Source: Paraphysomonas bandaiensis | Lineage: Eukaryota; Protista; Chrysophyceae | Assembly (NCBI GenBank): GCA_965644295.1 | Contig: CBFFRP010000425.1 | Location: 111,187-175,186, forward strand | Reading direction: 5' to 3' | DNA length: 64,000 bases | Shown here: piece after piece, positions 1 through 13,046 of the stretch | How the letters are laid out: every line of letters starts with the position of its first letter | How positions within the stretch are numbered: the stretch's first letter is position 1 | Notes under the pieces: generated by a model | Seen by the model: the letters and a program-made list of their open reading frames with translations, nothing else | What the model was told of the DNA's origin: nothing | Database searches by the model: none | Position numbers and translations under genes: made by a program

Positions 1-115
1 CATTGTTTGTATTACATAGACATATATTTTCTAACTCTCAAATAAACACCACCACAAAAAACAAATTGGAAATACAATGGATACGGCGGTATGAAATGCC
101 ATAACGCTCCCTTGT

Positions 116-1756
116 CTATGCAACGTTTCCGTATTTTTCCTTCGCCAGACGAGGATATATTTTGGTCATTTTCGTTTTTGTCCACTGAGCTATGTGCGAC
201 AGCTTCACGTCGTCTGCATTAATTGTTTTTCCCCCGCCTCCGGCGACGTGTGCATCCTTATTCACTTTCCGTTTCTGTCTCCCCCTACCGAATGTCGACG
301 TTCTCACACTAGGTAGCGGTTTCTCGGCACTGGTTGCGTTAAGAGATATCGTATGGTCATTAACTGTCTGTCGCGACCTCGGTCGAAATCTCGGGCGCAG
401 CGTATCATATCTGTTTAAAGTTATCAGCATAGAATGGGTGAATCAATACAGCGCTCACTTCTCTCCCATCAATGGGATATCCTTCTCCGCTGTTGTCAGG
501 AAACTGGACGATTTATGATTTGGCATTTTAATCTATATAACAGCATCAGATGTACATACTATATAAGGTAGGCCTTGACCACCTCTATGCAACTCTTATC
601 ACAGGCTCCCCTATACTCTCCCGGACCTGCCCTTCCTGTCTCCGGGCGGGGCTCGGGAAGTCCAACCTGAGACTTAGACTTGAAGGAGGGTGCGAATCGC
701 ATCGGGTGCTGCTCAACTTCCGTCTTGAAAGTTATCTTAGTTCCAACGTCGGGGTTAATGAAATCCACACCGTAATTGTAACCCTCATCCCCTTTAGTGC
801 GGGGGTCTACTTGTCTCTTGAGGTCCAGGTTAGCCCGGCTTGTTTCCCATGAAGATGCGCGGTCGAAATCATGGCTGAGTAAAAGACCCGTAGTCTTTAG
901 ATATCGTGGACTGCGGTCTTCAAACCGCTTAGCTCCACCAAATTTAACAGTACCAGAGGTAGAGGGCCGTAAGGGGGAAGTTTCCCTGAAGTAATACGAG
1001 GGCGACGGACACGGTGTCCCCTCAGGTACAACCTCTAGGCTCAACCGGCCGATTTCAATACTGTTAAACTTCAAAGCAGGCTGACTTATTCCATGTCTAC
1101 CTCTGCATTACAAAAAACACCGATTATTATAAAACAGGTCAGAGTAGAATGCATACTTCTCCCACGCAGTGATATCATAGTCTCCAGGACCCATCTCAGT
1201 AGTTATTTGATTCAGAGGTTTTCTCTGGCTTCTAGAGGCAGACCATTTCCCTCCGGGTACCCTCCCCTCCTTCACCTGTTTCCACAATAATCCCTCCTCC
1301 TTGTCTACTCTACCCACACCTATTCGACCAGATGATGTGCTTTTCAATTTATCAGCGCGCTTGTAGATAGCAGCAGCGTCGTTGAAAATATATTCATATG
1401 TATTATCGGGACGCTCCTTTATATATGTTTTCATTGGACTCATAACATTCGTATCACTACATGTAACATATTCGCCTGAAGATATACACCAACACACCAC
1501 ATTCAGTATACACATCAACCGCTCTGTGTGAGTTACCTGTTTTATTCTTTTTAGGAGGATCGACGATCTCATTAGTGTGATATATTTCACGTGAACGGAA
1601 TCGATCTCTTCCGAATTGAGAACTAAAGTCATAATGGTGACGAGATGGTGCATCTCCAGTGTATGCAATGGGCTTATCTTCTAATGAATCGTGCACTCGT
1701 TCAGATGTGTTCTTGTAGAAGAAACGGCCATTCATAAGGTCGAGCTTCTTAGGCAT
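116..1756 (-). CDS. ODF3/STPG-like (SHIPPO-repeat, PG-rich) axonemal protein, 5 exons
   Basis: ORF pieces join through GT-AG introns at about 1476-1536, 1103-1156, 533-584 and 411-458. Repeated motifs MGPGDY, PSPSYY and AGPGEY resemble SHIPPO repeats. Confidence 0.65.
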
Positions 1757-2067
1757 TGTATACGTGTCTTACAGGTGCAATATCATAACAGGCTTATGTA
1801 TGTATGTATATAGTAAATAGGAGTGATGGTGCCCTGCTTCTTAAGGGCGCTGTGTATGTGTATGTATCATATGAACTGTACGTGTACCTGTGTACGTGTA
1901 TAGATACAGAGGGGCATGAAGGGTACACGTCCACCCCTATATGCTGTACGTTACAATATACCCCTCTATACACTACTGTATACCCTCTGTATAAGGGTAT
2001 AACTGCTGATATAAGATGTGTAGTACACCTATCGGCAGTCAGCAAAACTCCTCTCTATTACTGAGAT

Positions 2068-2153
2068 ACAACTACGGCTGGAATACTGATAGTTATTGCC
2101 TCAATAATAGAGGCATCTTTGAACAAAAATATACAAGGATGCCGATAGATGTA
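2068..2153. repeat. ~85 bp dispersed element with a hairpin; second copy at 10928-11013
   Basis: aactacg..tg.aatac..ata.tt.ttg.ctcaata.tagaggcatct.tgaacaaaaata.acaa...atgcc is shared by both loci. Confidence 0.75.
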
Positions 2154-2406
2154 CAGCTAGCTCTATGTGTGTATGTGTGTGTATGTATGTGTATGTATGT
2201 ATAGGGATGCGTGTATATAACTGTTAATATAACATCAGAGTGAAGTTGGTTTAGTTATACTCTCAGACACACCATCGGCACTTAATTGACAATTCCACCA
2301 TAAGAGAGAGATGGACATGATCATGCGTCATGTTATGAGCGTGTTTTACATGCGTTATATTGGCATATGTATATCTGTGTGCGAGTAGTGGCATCCTGAT
2401 CGTATT

Positions 2407-5400
2407 ATGCCCACTAGAAAACAAAAGAAGAAGAATAAGAAGAAGAATTTATCCACGGACACATCTAAACAAGATATCTATGACATAGACGTGATAGATG
2501 AAGACGAAGAGCTCACCAACAATAGAATTTCTAATGGAAATGATGTAAATCGTGAAGAGTCTGCTCCATCTATGGAGGAGGCAGATGATGTTCCAGTTCA
2601 TGTTGAAAGTAGATCGTCTAAATCTGGTCGTGAAGAGTCTGCTCCATCTGTGGAAGAGGCAGACGATGTTCCAGTTCATGTTGAAAGTAGATCGTCTAAA
2701 TCTGGTCGTGAAGAGTCTGCTCCATCTGTGGAGGAGGCAGATGATGTTCCAGTTCATGTTGAAAGTAAATCGTCTAAAGCATCTCGTGGTCAGAAATCTG
2801 GTCGTGAAGAGTCTGCTCCATCTGTGGAGGAGGCAGATGATGTTCCAGTTCATGTTGAAAGTAAATCGTCTAAAGCATCTCGTGGTCAGAGATCTGGTCG
2901 TGAAGAGTCTGCTCCATCTGTGGAGGAGGCAGATGATGTTCCAGTTCATGTTGAAAGTAAATCGTCTAAAGCATCTCGTGGTCAGAGATCTGGTCGTGAA
3001 GAGTCTGCTCCATCTGTGGAGGAGGCAGATGATGTTCCAGTTCATGTTGAAAGTAAATCGTCTAAAGCATCTCGTGGTCAGAGATCTGGTCGTGAAGAGT
3101 CTGCTCCATCTGTGGAGGAGGCAGATGATGTTCCAGCTCATGGAGGCGGTGGATTGACCGAATCTGGTGTTCAGCAAAGTGCTATGGGTGATGAATCTAT
3201 GCCGTCTGAAGATACTAAAGACGGTGGCTTGTCTAATGGCTATACTGGTACTGACGATGGCGGTGGTGCTATCGAAGAGAAATATTCGGACATTGTCGGA
3301 AATAAGTCTACTCGTAGTAGTAGTGACACTGTAGATGGTACGAAGGAAACAGCTGTGGATAATAGAGTGTTTGTGGACTGGATAGGTGACATGGTTGGAC
3401 GGCCAGTGCTGAAAGCAGCCGAAGTGGTGATATGTGAGATGATGCTTCTACATTCACGTAGTGAGGGCGGTTTGTGGCGGTGGGTGATGTCTCAGATAGA
3501 CCGTTTCGATGAGATCAGTAGCTCACATTCGGAAGATAAATCGGATGCATCCAAAGCGGTCATGGTGGACATCAACACTGTATTAGATATTTGGGAAATG
3601 GAGACAGGTGTGCCCCTTTCCTCAAGCGCAATATGTGCTCTGCATGTGCGTTGTGGTTCCCTTATGGTGAGTGCTCTGCGAGAGGTATCTGCCTTAAGTC
3701 ATCCCCCACCTCCGGGGGAGATGACTCCTGCCGCTCTTCCCAGCGAACGTCCTGCCCTTCTCAAAAAGATTCTTGGCAGGTTCTGTGCAAAGAAAATTCA
3801 AGAACATTTGACTAGCTCTGGACAGGATGCGGTTCTTGATAAGCGCCTCTTATGGGGCCTTGTTGAAGAACAGGAATCTTTACTATCTCTCTGGTTGGTA
3901 CAAATGTCTCGTATCAGTCCCTACATTGCTGATTTGGGCGCTGATGCCAGCCTCCCGATTGACCAAGAGCTATTGAAAGGACTTGCTATGCGATTGGGTA
4001 TGCCAGCTCTGAGCAAGGAGCTCTTACTGGCATTCTCAAATTGGGCTCTTCGTGGTGTAGGAACAGAGATTCGGTTTAACTCTGATGGCACTGAGAGACC
4101 TCCCTTAGTACAACTACAGTTGGCTTGCGCGGCGAGATGCAAAGAAGGTGAAGTGAAGACAGTACAAGAACAAATGAATATGCTGGTGTGTCCATACTCA
4201 GGACATAATGCCGATGGAATTCCATCACGGTCTCTGCTCTCACTTTTTTCGAGTGATTCTACTGGTGCTATGGCGGATGTGCCACTCCATATCTTGTGCA
4301 AACATTTGAGACAGGAGAAAAGCGACCTCACAGACAGATTTATAGGCACTTGCATTATGATGTGGACGGGACTGCAGTGGGATGTGGAGGATGGTGAAGG
4401 TGAGCTGAAAAAGGGGATAAACCTCTTGCGGTGTGGAATGGCGTCTACTAATGCGTCGGACTCGTCTATTCTCGTACAACGGAACACAGTAATGCAATTC
4501 TTATTTCCCTTCGGCGTCTCAATACGCGGTGTATCCGTACTTGGCAAAGGGTACTACAGTAGAAAACTCCAGCCTATCGATTCGACGGAGAAGCTGCACT
4601 CATTTCTTGCGAATAAATTCTTCATGAAATTTCGCAAGACGTATTGCAGTGGCGAGGATGGTCGTAAACGAAAGATACCATCAGATGTGCGTATATACGC
4701 GTCTGACAGTGCGGGGGGGAGGGGGGAGGAGATTTTACCTTCCAAGAAGACTATTGTTGCAGACGTATGCGGCGAGGACGACATAATTTTTATAGAGTCT
4801 GCATATGTGTCCGATTTTCATGGAAAACACTTGTCTACTATGGAGCCTGAAACAGAACATCCACCTAGTACAGGTGTTAAGAAAATTGCTGACACGCTTA
4901 CCAAACCATCAGTGGTGACGATCAAACCTGCCAAACGCTTTGACAGAGAGTATGACACTGCCCACATGTGGAGTGTACCAATTGTTTGTCGATATCTCCG
5001 TGAAGTTGTTGAGTTATCGCAGTATGAAGAGAATTTCCTGCGGTATGAGATCAACGGATACGCTTTCTTGTGTTTGGATGAGCCGTCAGTGGTTAAATGC
5101 TGCGGAACTAAGAACACGATCCATGCTGCAAAGATAGCACTACATGCCGGGAACCTCAGAACTTGCGTGTTGAGGACAGCTCTGGACTTCCTTCCGTCAT
5201 CACTGGAGGAATGGCATCCAGTCCATGTCGCCGCCGTTGTGGACAGTGACTTTCATGCACCTGAGGCTGCCATTCAGATACTTCGCCATCAAATGGGTGG
5301 GGAGAAGATTGTGTCTCTAGGCCTCGAAAACATTCCTGGGGCTGTTCAAAAGTTTAAGTGTCGGTCAAGTGAAATTAAGCGATGTACTGATGGGTTACTT

Positions 5401-8400
5401 GAACTTCTTTCGACATACCATAAGATGATTAAGGTTAAATCAAAAGAGCAAATTACTGAGCATGTTGTACCTCCAGGGAAAAAGAGTTCCAATGCCAAAA
5501 AAGAAACCGCGATGGCGAGGAGAAAGAAAAAGATTGAAAATGAGATGAAGCAACGGCGAATTGAGGCGAAGGATACCCCACCTTACGGGATTATTGAGGC
5601 CAAAGCAGGACAATCTATGGAAAGCAAAGATGTAATGCAGCCGACTGTACGCGGAACAGATGAAGAATCGATAGAACATAACAGTAGTGAATGCACGGAA
5701 GAAAACGGCGGGGACGAAGGCGAATCACACGTGAGTTCTGAGGCGAGTACTGCGTTGACCTCTCCTATGCTGGCAAGAGATACGAGTGACAATTTTGTCG
5801 ATGAGAAAGACCCTGAAAATGAATGTTTTGGTCATTGTCTTGCCACTCCAGAGAGTGTATTAGCGGCAAACACTGAAGGTGTCAAGAAATCCTTTGAGAA
5901 TACTATTCATAAACAACCGATAGAAAAGACACAACAACCCTCTGAAACCCGAGAAATGGATCGTCAATCTCGTCCTAGAGGGAAGAAGGTTAATAAATCA
6001 CGTCCAACTGCACGAAATGAATCGACGACGACAAATTCTGAACAGCATGATCTTATTCTTGAGCAGATCAAGGCACTTCAGAATGTTGTCGAAACGCATT
6101 CATCTGTGGTTAATACGTTGAGGAAAGAGAATGAGAAGCTTCGCAAGGAAAAGCGCCGTGCTGAACTAAAGGCGAGACATCAGCAGGAAAATAAAACTAA
6201 CGAGAATAATATTAGAGAATTGATAGAACAGAGAGATACCGCCGTGAGAACACTCGCAACAGTAGCTCAACATTATGTGGAAAATGTCAATGGTGACAGC
6301 GCTATTGTAGATGATACTGTTGAAGGGAGTCCCAATGGAGAGAGTGTAATAGTATCACAACCAGACTATGCTGTTCCTGTTCCTATGCGCAATAACCATG
6401 AAGAGCCTTCGGTTACTCGGACTTCTGGTTTACATGACTCCCTTTCGGAAAAATCAGTTACAGGAAGGAACACAAGGCGTAATATTGCGGAAGAAATAAA
6501 TGTCCCACACGCAGACCATTCTGCACCTGAGACTAGGCGCAATGACCACGAGAAGTTATCTATCAGTCATACATATAAAACACAGCACTCGCCCGTGGCT
6601 AATTCAGTTTCTGAAGGAACTATGCGCCGCACAGAAGGCAACGAGGCGGTATCGCAACTAGACTATGCTGTTCCTGAGTCTAAGCATCGTGATGTCGCAC
6701 AGTTTATTAGTGGTACTTCTTCTCGAACTTCTAACATGCATCGTTCTCCTATGTTAAAGTTAGTGGATTCCACCAAGGATCAGAGCATCACTGAGTTGAT
6801 ATTGGATGATTGTACTGCTGAGTGTAGCTTATGGCAGAAAATTTTAGAGGTGTATCGATACGAGAAAGAGCCGCTGGATATTGGAAAATTCGAAGATGGC
6901 GGCGCCGTGTTTAGACGTATTGCCATAGCATGGATGAGGCTTGGGAAAATAATGTTCGATGATGCCACTGGGCTCAGTGCAGGTGGTTATGGGCATAGTA
7001 TAGCTTATGTACAATATTTACTGATACTATGTACAGATTTGTCCTCAGCTGTTGAACCTGAAGTTATGGCAGGGGTGCTTCGCACCATTCACTCGAGTGT
7101 TGATAAGATAAGGGGAAATGCATCGCGTACAGTTCACAGCAGTCTTCCTGTATTTGCCCTTTATGCTGGACTTGTCTTCACACTGGTATTGGCGCATAAA
7201 ATTCTTAGAAAGTTTTCATCGAGAAACGATCACGTCAACTTGACGGTACGCTATGCGTGCACTATATTACTTATGAATAAACTTGAAATCTCTACAGCAA
7301 CTTCTGCGCAGCCTCCGCAGTGGTGATGCTTTTCCCATGTCAGAAGTATCTCGAGAAGATTTAAAGCTTTTTCTTGAGGAATGTTTTCTTATGGACTGTG
7401 AGAAGTGGCACCTAGTAAGTATACACGTGATATTTTATTTACACTCTAAATATATTGTGTAAGGTTAATTCCATTTGCTTGAAGTTTGAAGCCGACAGAA
7501 ATGGCTATCTCAGCTTGTCCAGGGTTATCAGTTCCTTTGAGAATCTTAATTGTCTTCATATCCCACTGAAAAGTCATAGAGATGGTCAATTGGGAGTCGT
7601 GTTTGTTGTTTGTGTTGCAACAGCACAGATATTGTCATTCAAAATGCGCTTCAGTGATATCGTAAAGAAAATTATTGTTGATTATAGAAAAGTATGCCCG
7701 TCGTTTTCCGCTTACCTAGTCGACAGTCGAAATGAAGAATACTTCAAATCTTGTACTTGCGATGCCAAGTACGCCTCAGAGTCCGCTATTATCGCCGATT
7801 TTCTGTACGTGATGTTGTGCAATTATTTCGGTTATGATGCAGACAGTTTTTCTGGAATTGGTCTGGGAACTTCCACATTTTCAAAGAAACCGGTTGCGAA
7901 GAATAATTACTTTGACGAGGAGATCTCTGTGAATAAAACAACTGTTAGCACTCCACTCACGTCCAACCCACCATATGTATCATTCATTGTATCTAACATT
8001 AGGCCTGTATGCAGTGCAGTGGCTAGAGCATTTTTTCTATACGACTACACTTCTGAGAGACGGCGGCAATGTGTATTTGATAGTCTTCTCACTCTTATTG
8101 TTACGTTTGTCGACTTTTGGTCGAAAAGCCTGCTTGATTGTACAGATTCATCTCGCGAGATGTCAAGAAAGTTTAACCGAATTCTCTCTGATCTAGACGA
8201 AAGACTATGTACTCTGATAGGGACAGAGAATGCATCCAGTATTAGAGAAAGGTCTCACGACTTAAACGCAAAAGGAATGGAAAATTTGGTGTCCGAACTA
8301 ATTGGAATTCCTCTTCCTGAAGGTCATTGTGGAGGCTCCTTGCTATCTTCTGTTGTGGAAGTATCATCTTTGTTTCCGAGCCGTGGCCTTATACAGACTA

Positions 8401-9116
8401 CCATGTCTGATCGAGGTGCCACCATAGGCAGTGGTAATCATGCGCAGTGGTTGAGTGGTGACCAATCGTTCCCGCAGCCTCAAAGGCTTGACACTCGGTC
8501 TTCGCAACGAATGGCGAGAACTAGCTCCGTAGCTCCGACCGCACCTTCTTCGCCCTCTAAAAACGCCCGTCCTCATCCAGGAGCATTGGTGGACAGGACT
8601 TCTCAGCTGCTACATTCCCATAGGTTGGAGCAAGTGTCTCTCTATCTTCATGCACTGAACGAAAAGTCCCGCATCCGCAAGACCATTCTCAAAGCATTGC
8701 TGGCGCTAATGCGAGAGTGCAAATCTTACGTACGTCGCAGAGACAAAGGTGGCGATGGAGAATCTTTGAGGGGCAGAACCTTTATGAATTTTCATTCTCG
8801 CCGTGAGGAGATTCTCGCAGATGTGCGTGTTCAGCAGAGAGTACTTTTGGACGACATGCAGAGGCAGTCGGGAACGCAAATGGAATTGGTAATCTAGTAT
8901 CTTGTTTTGCTTCAATTGATTTCATCATGAATTACATCGTAGGTCGTCAATCACGTCAAAAAGTTGTCAGCTGCGTTAAAGGCCAGCGAAGTAAGCGACC
9001 CCGATGGGTCTCTATCAAAAGCAATTCATGAGACTGAAGAAATGGAGAACAGTATTTTACAATCAAACGATGATGCTCTTCTGCTTATTGATAGCATCAA
9101 ACGATTGATGCAGTAG
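2407..9116 (+). CDS. Large multidomain protein: acidic tandem repeats, SAM-like domain(s), coiled coil, degenerate EF-hand-like loop
   Basis: The 1639-aa ORF splices through introns 7246-7297, ~7415-7462 and 8889-8942 to TAG at 9114-9116. SAM-like segment WSVPIVCRYLREVVELSQYEENFLRYEINGYAFLCLD at ~4960-5160. EF-like loop EADRNGYLS at ~7490. Confidence 0.7.
2551..3141 (+). repeat. In-frame coding tandem repeat: 2 x 78 bp, 4 x 96 bp, then a partial unit
   Basis: Units start at 2551, 2629, 2707, 2803, 2899, 2995 and 3091. Peptide REESAPSVEEADDVPVHVES(R/K)SSK(ASRGQ)xSG. Confidence 0.95.
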
Positions 9117-9691
9117 CACCAAGTTATTTTTGTTTTCTGTAAATACATACTTGTTTCAGACTAAGTGCAATACTAATTGCTCGTAGAAATAATAAACTAT
9201 TGGTAGTATGAATGCTTAAATATTTGTGGTACCTCTTCCTAAGTTATATTGTCACCGGCTAACAGTAATATAGTTGAACGTATTGCGTATTGCAGATACT
9301 GTACAAGATAGTACTATAGATACATAGGTATACGTCAGGGTTAGGGAACAATATATTGCAATTTTATTGTTAGTTTTGGTTGTGTCAATGCCATTACAGC
9401 TTAATAGTACAATGCTTACTTGAACTGTGGATCTGTAGCGGATTACTATATCTTTCCAGCAGCAAGTATGATATCCTTAGGATTGTACGCTACAGAATAC
9501 AGAACATCACGAAACTGCACTCCTTCAACGCTATCAATCAGATGATGTGAATTATTAATATATCAATTCTTATTTAAGAGTAGATATGTACTGCGCATGA
9601 CTCAAACTGAAACTGGAATATTAAATTGTTTTACTGTCCGGAAAATATACACAGGTAGTTCTTCTTTCTTCTTTTATATTCTTGTGACTGT

Positions 9692-10300
9692 GATTATAAG
9701 TGGACATCGCTTTTCTGTTGAAGAAAAGAAGAAGATCACAGAAGATGTTCCTACATTTGAAATATGCAGTGACCTTTTTCCGTGATAAATATAAGAACTG
9801 CTATGTTTAGACATGAAAACGCAAGCAAGTAAGGGGTGAATACTTCAAGAAGGCAAGAGGCAGGCCATAATCATAGGACAACTTAGGATTTTTCAAGTTT
9901 GAAGCTCACAATTACTCCAAGACTCCCCCTGAATTGAAAGCCACTTTTAAATCATGCTGCCAAGAGACGAAGACCCTCAGAAAGCAGACACACAGAAATG
10001 GGAAGGGTATGGGGGACGCTTATGCTTAAGCTCTCCGTAATGTGTTTTTATGAATCTACCATTTCTTGCCTTTCTGACAACACACTCCGCTCTCCAGAAA
10101 CGGTGGATCATTTGGCGTTTGTATCCTGTGATTGTCATCCCAGTCAGGTTGCAGTTCTGATGCAGCCACACTTCATTCAACTGTATTGGGTAGAACTCCA
10201 TCACTTGCTTGTCTTACCATGTCTGAACATCGCAGTTATTCTTTTCATCTTCTGCAATCTTCTTCTTTTCTTCAGCAGGAAAGCAATGTCCACTATAATC
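9692..10300. repeat. Diverged inverted repeat (arms 9692-9831 and 10201-10300)
   Basis: Left arm gattataagtggacatcgcttttctgttgaagaaaagaagaagatcacagaagatg matches the reverse complement of the right arm, gattatagtggacattgctttcctgctgaagaaaagaagaagattgcagaagatg. Similarity resumes after a ~40 nt indel. Confidence 0.8.
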
Positions 10301-10387
10301 TCTTTACCTTCCCAGAGATCTCCTTGCAACACCGCGGTGTCCACTCCTGTCCACGCATCATACATACATACAGCAGTGTAGTGTGTT

Positions 10388-10781
10388 AAGATTCTAGTGC
10401 TGTTTGATGCACCCACCAATCGTGCAGGATATACCACTAATTTCAACTGCATGGATGTGTTTTCGTTTCCCGGTATTCAGAAGGATACGAGATGTCTATG
10501 GGTCGATGATTCCAGAGTGTCGATATTTCCTGGGGCGAGTGGAGTAGTTGGTGTGTCTGATGTAATTACACTGCGAGCGAATAAGATTCGAGCTAAATGT
10601 AAAGTCCTGAACAATGGTCCTGCTTGCAGTACTTGGCAATTTAGTTCATTGGCCTCTATCAGAGTACATGCTCCGCAAACGCCTATTGTTCCCGCTCTAT
10701 CGATTATATCACCTTCTCAGATTGGACCATGTGACTCACTACCTATAGATATTTCTGGATCCAAGGGATCAGGGGGGCGCC
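10388..10781 (+). pseudogene. Isolated fragment of a REJ/PKD-like extracellular protein
   Basis: LFDAPTNRAG..FNC..VFSF..CLWVDD..ITLRANKIRAKC..C.TW..PSQIGPCDSLPIDISGSKGSGGRP resembles the segment leading into the REJ domain of stramenopile REJ proteins. No start codon or continuation is visible. Confidence 0.55.
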
Positions 10782-10927
10782 CCTGTGTATGCTCTGATCA
10801 GTGTACAGAGTATACCTGCAGCAGCTGTATACATGTATGGTATATCAGTGCTGTATGCAGTGCTGTATGTATGCATCTTATTTTTTCGGAAATACATTGA
10901 AGCAAATATACTCTACAGTACGTACAT

Positions 10928-11013
10928 ATAACTACGTATGTAATACACATAATTGTTGTCTCAATATTAGAGGCATCTCTGAACAAAAATACACAAAGAA
11001 TGCCTATACGGTA
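10928..11013. repeat. Second copy of the ~85 bp element at 2068-2153
   Basis: Aligns by eye to 2068-2153 in the same orientation. Confidence 0.75.
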
Positions 11014-11335
11014 GGTATCATATATGCGCGCAGATGTGAGCCTTGAGGACATGCATGAGTGCAGTCCCAAGTCCTCCTCTGCTCTTATGGTTCTACTCGA
11101 TCTCATGATATGAGCGAGGTATATTGCATGATATCACTGTTACAGTGCATATATATCCACATATGACCCCGTATGCACCAACACTCCTCCTCTACTCTAT
11201 CATATGATATCATAGGGGGGTGCTACACTGCAGACGGCGTGTCGTGCGGGTCACTGCATGTGCAGTCCTCTGACCTCCACACACGCCATTATCATATAAG
11301 TGCACATAGCGGCATATACATATACGTGCATCAGT

Positions 11336-13046
11336 ATGTCAGGGACGTCATTGGCATACGATGCGGTTGCAGTCATCATATTCATTGTCGTGTCGTATTG
11401 TTTCTTTCTGCCGTGCAATCGACTGATCCCACTAGACAGGAGATCTGCTGCTCTCATTGGAGCCACACTCTGCTATGCAACTAGATCATTTGGTTTTCCT
11501 AGCAACAAGATGGATATTGTTGACGCGATTGATTTCGATGTACTGGCTCTTCTTGCAGGGATAATGGCAATTAACTTTATCATGGTTCATCAAAAAGAAT
11601 CTAAAAGTGTCATTCGATATGTTCAGACTCAAGTACAGAATAATCCTCGTAGTGGCTTCTGGCTAGTTTCAGTGGCAGCGTTGTCGTTATCTCCCTTTCT
11701 GACCAATGATGGCATTTGTCTTTTATTTGTCGAGCCTATATTAAATGCATTTGAAAGTTTGAGTGACGGCAAACGGATAACGAATGGATCAAAGTTTGAC
11801 CTACAGAAAGGAGATGCATTTTATTTTTTGCTTGCACTAGCATGCTCGGCTAATATTGGAAGTTCGCTGACGTACACTGGTAATCCTCAGGTCAGTATTT
11901 TGTTCTATGGTTATCCTTTGTCTGATGCAGTTGTAGAATATGATTGTCGGAGAGGACGCCGTGGAGGTGCTCTCCCCTGCCCGCTTTTTGCTTTACATGT
12001 GCCTTCCAACATTGACAGCCTTTGTGGTGACGATACTTTGGATTGAGCGTTGTTGGATACGTCATCGATGCACTGTCTCTCTGCTCCAACTGGAGGCAAT
12101 AGCAGGGCCAACGGAGTGTAAGAATGAATCCAATATGTTGACAGTGGTCACATCGGGTGAGCAGGACGGAAAAAAGCGCAGTAAAACACTTCTTTTATCG
12201 CCCTATCGCCGGGAGGTACATGATTCACAGAGACGGAGGAAAGCCGAAATGCCGAGACAACAGCAGAGTATGGTCAAAAGAGTAGTAAAGGTCATTGTTA
12301 CGCCATTTCCTTACGCCATGCTGCTGATAATGTCGTTGATGATTGCCATGCTTTTTGTGGATATTATGTCCATATCAGGCCTGGTGTGCCTCACCGCGGT
12401 TGTTATGGTGGTCACTCTGGTTTTGGGCAATCATCTACAAGGCCTGCCTCTCTGGGGTGAAAGTAATGAGAGTGATCACGGGACAACAGCTGGTGTATGT
12501 TTGCGACCAATGACAGTGAAAGAGAAAGCTGATAATGCGAATCAGTTTTTCGAAGAATTATTTGACTCTATTGACTACAACCTTCTCATGATATTTCTTG
12601 GCCTGTTCGTTGTGGTGGAAAACATTGACTCTACAGGACTTCCTCGACGGATCTGGAACAAAATCGTGGGTCGATCACCATTTGATTCTGTGTCGTCTGT
12701 TGTGGGAATATCAATATTCATACTTGTCACATCACAGTTTTTGGGAAATGTGGCAGTTGTGCAGCTTGCTAAACCAAATGTGGAGGTGCTAGACGACGCA
12801 GAGAGAAAGTATGCCTGGGCAATGATATCTTTTGTGGCGACTGTTGGTGGAAACTTGACGATAACAGGATCTGCAGCGAATATCATTGTTGCAGAGAAGG
12901 CTAACCGTATCGATCCTGAGAACTCCCTCGACTTCTTCAGACATTACGCGGTGTGCTTCTGGGTTACGCTACTCTCGTGCGCTTTAGGAGCCCTCATGAT
13001 CACTGGCATTGTTGTTTGTGACAATGGCATGATTGATGCCTGGTAG
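11336..13046 (+). CDS. Lsi2-like (ArsB/NhaD superfamily) silicon/arsenite efflux-type transporter
   Basis: Intron 11891-11936 restores GNPQ-NMIV. Motifs PFLTNDGIC, FLLALACSANIGSSLTYTGNPQN and ATVGGNLTITGSAANIIVAE parallel plant LSI2. Confidence 0.85.

Noticed and set aside
2449-3177. Overlapping antisense and alternative-frame ORFs
   Set aside because: They are open only because the tandem repeat unit lacks stops in those frames.
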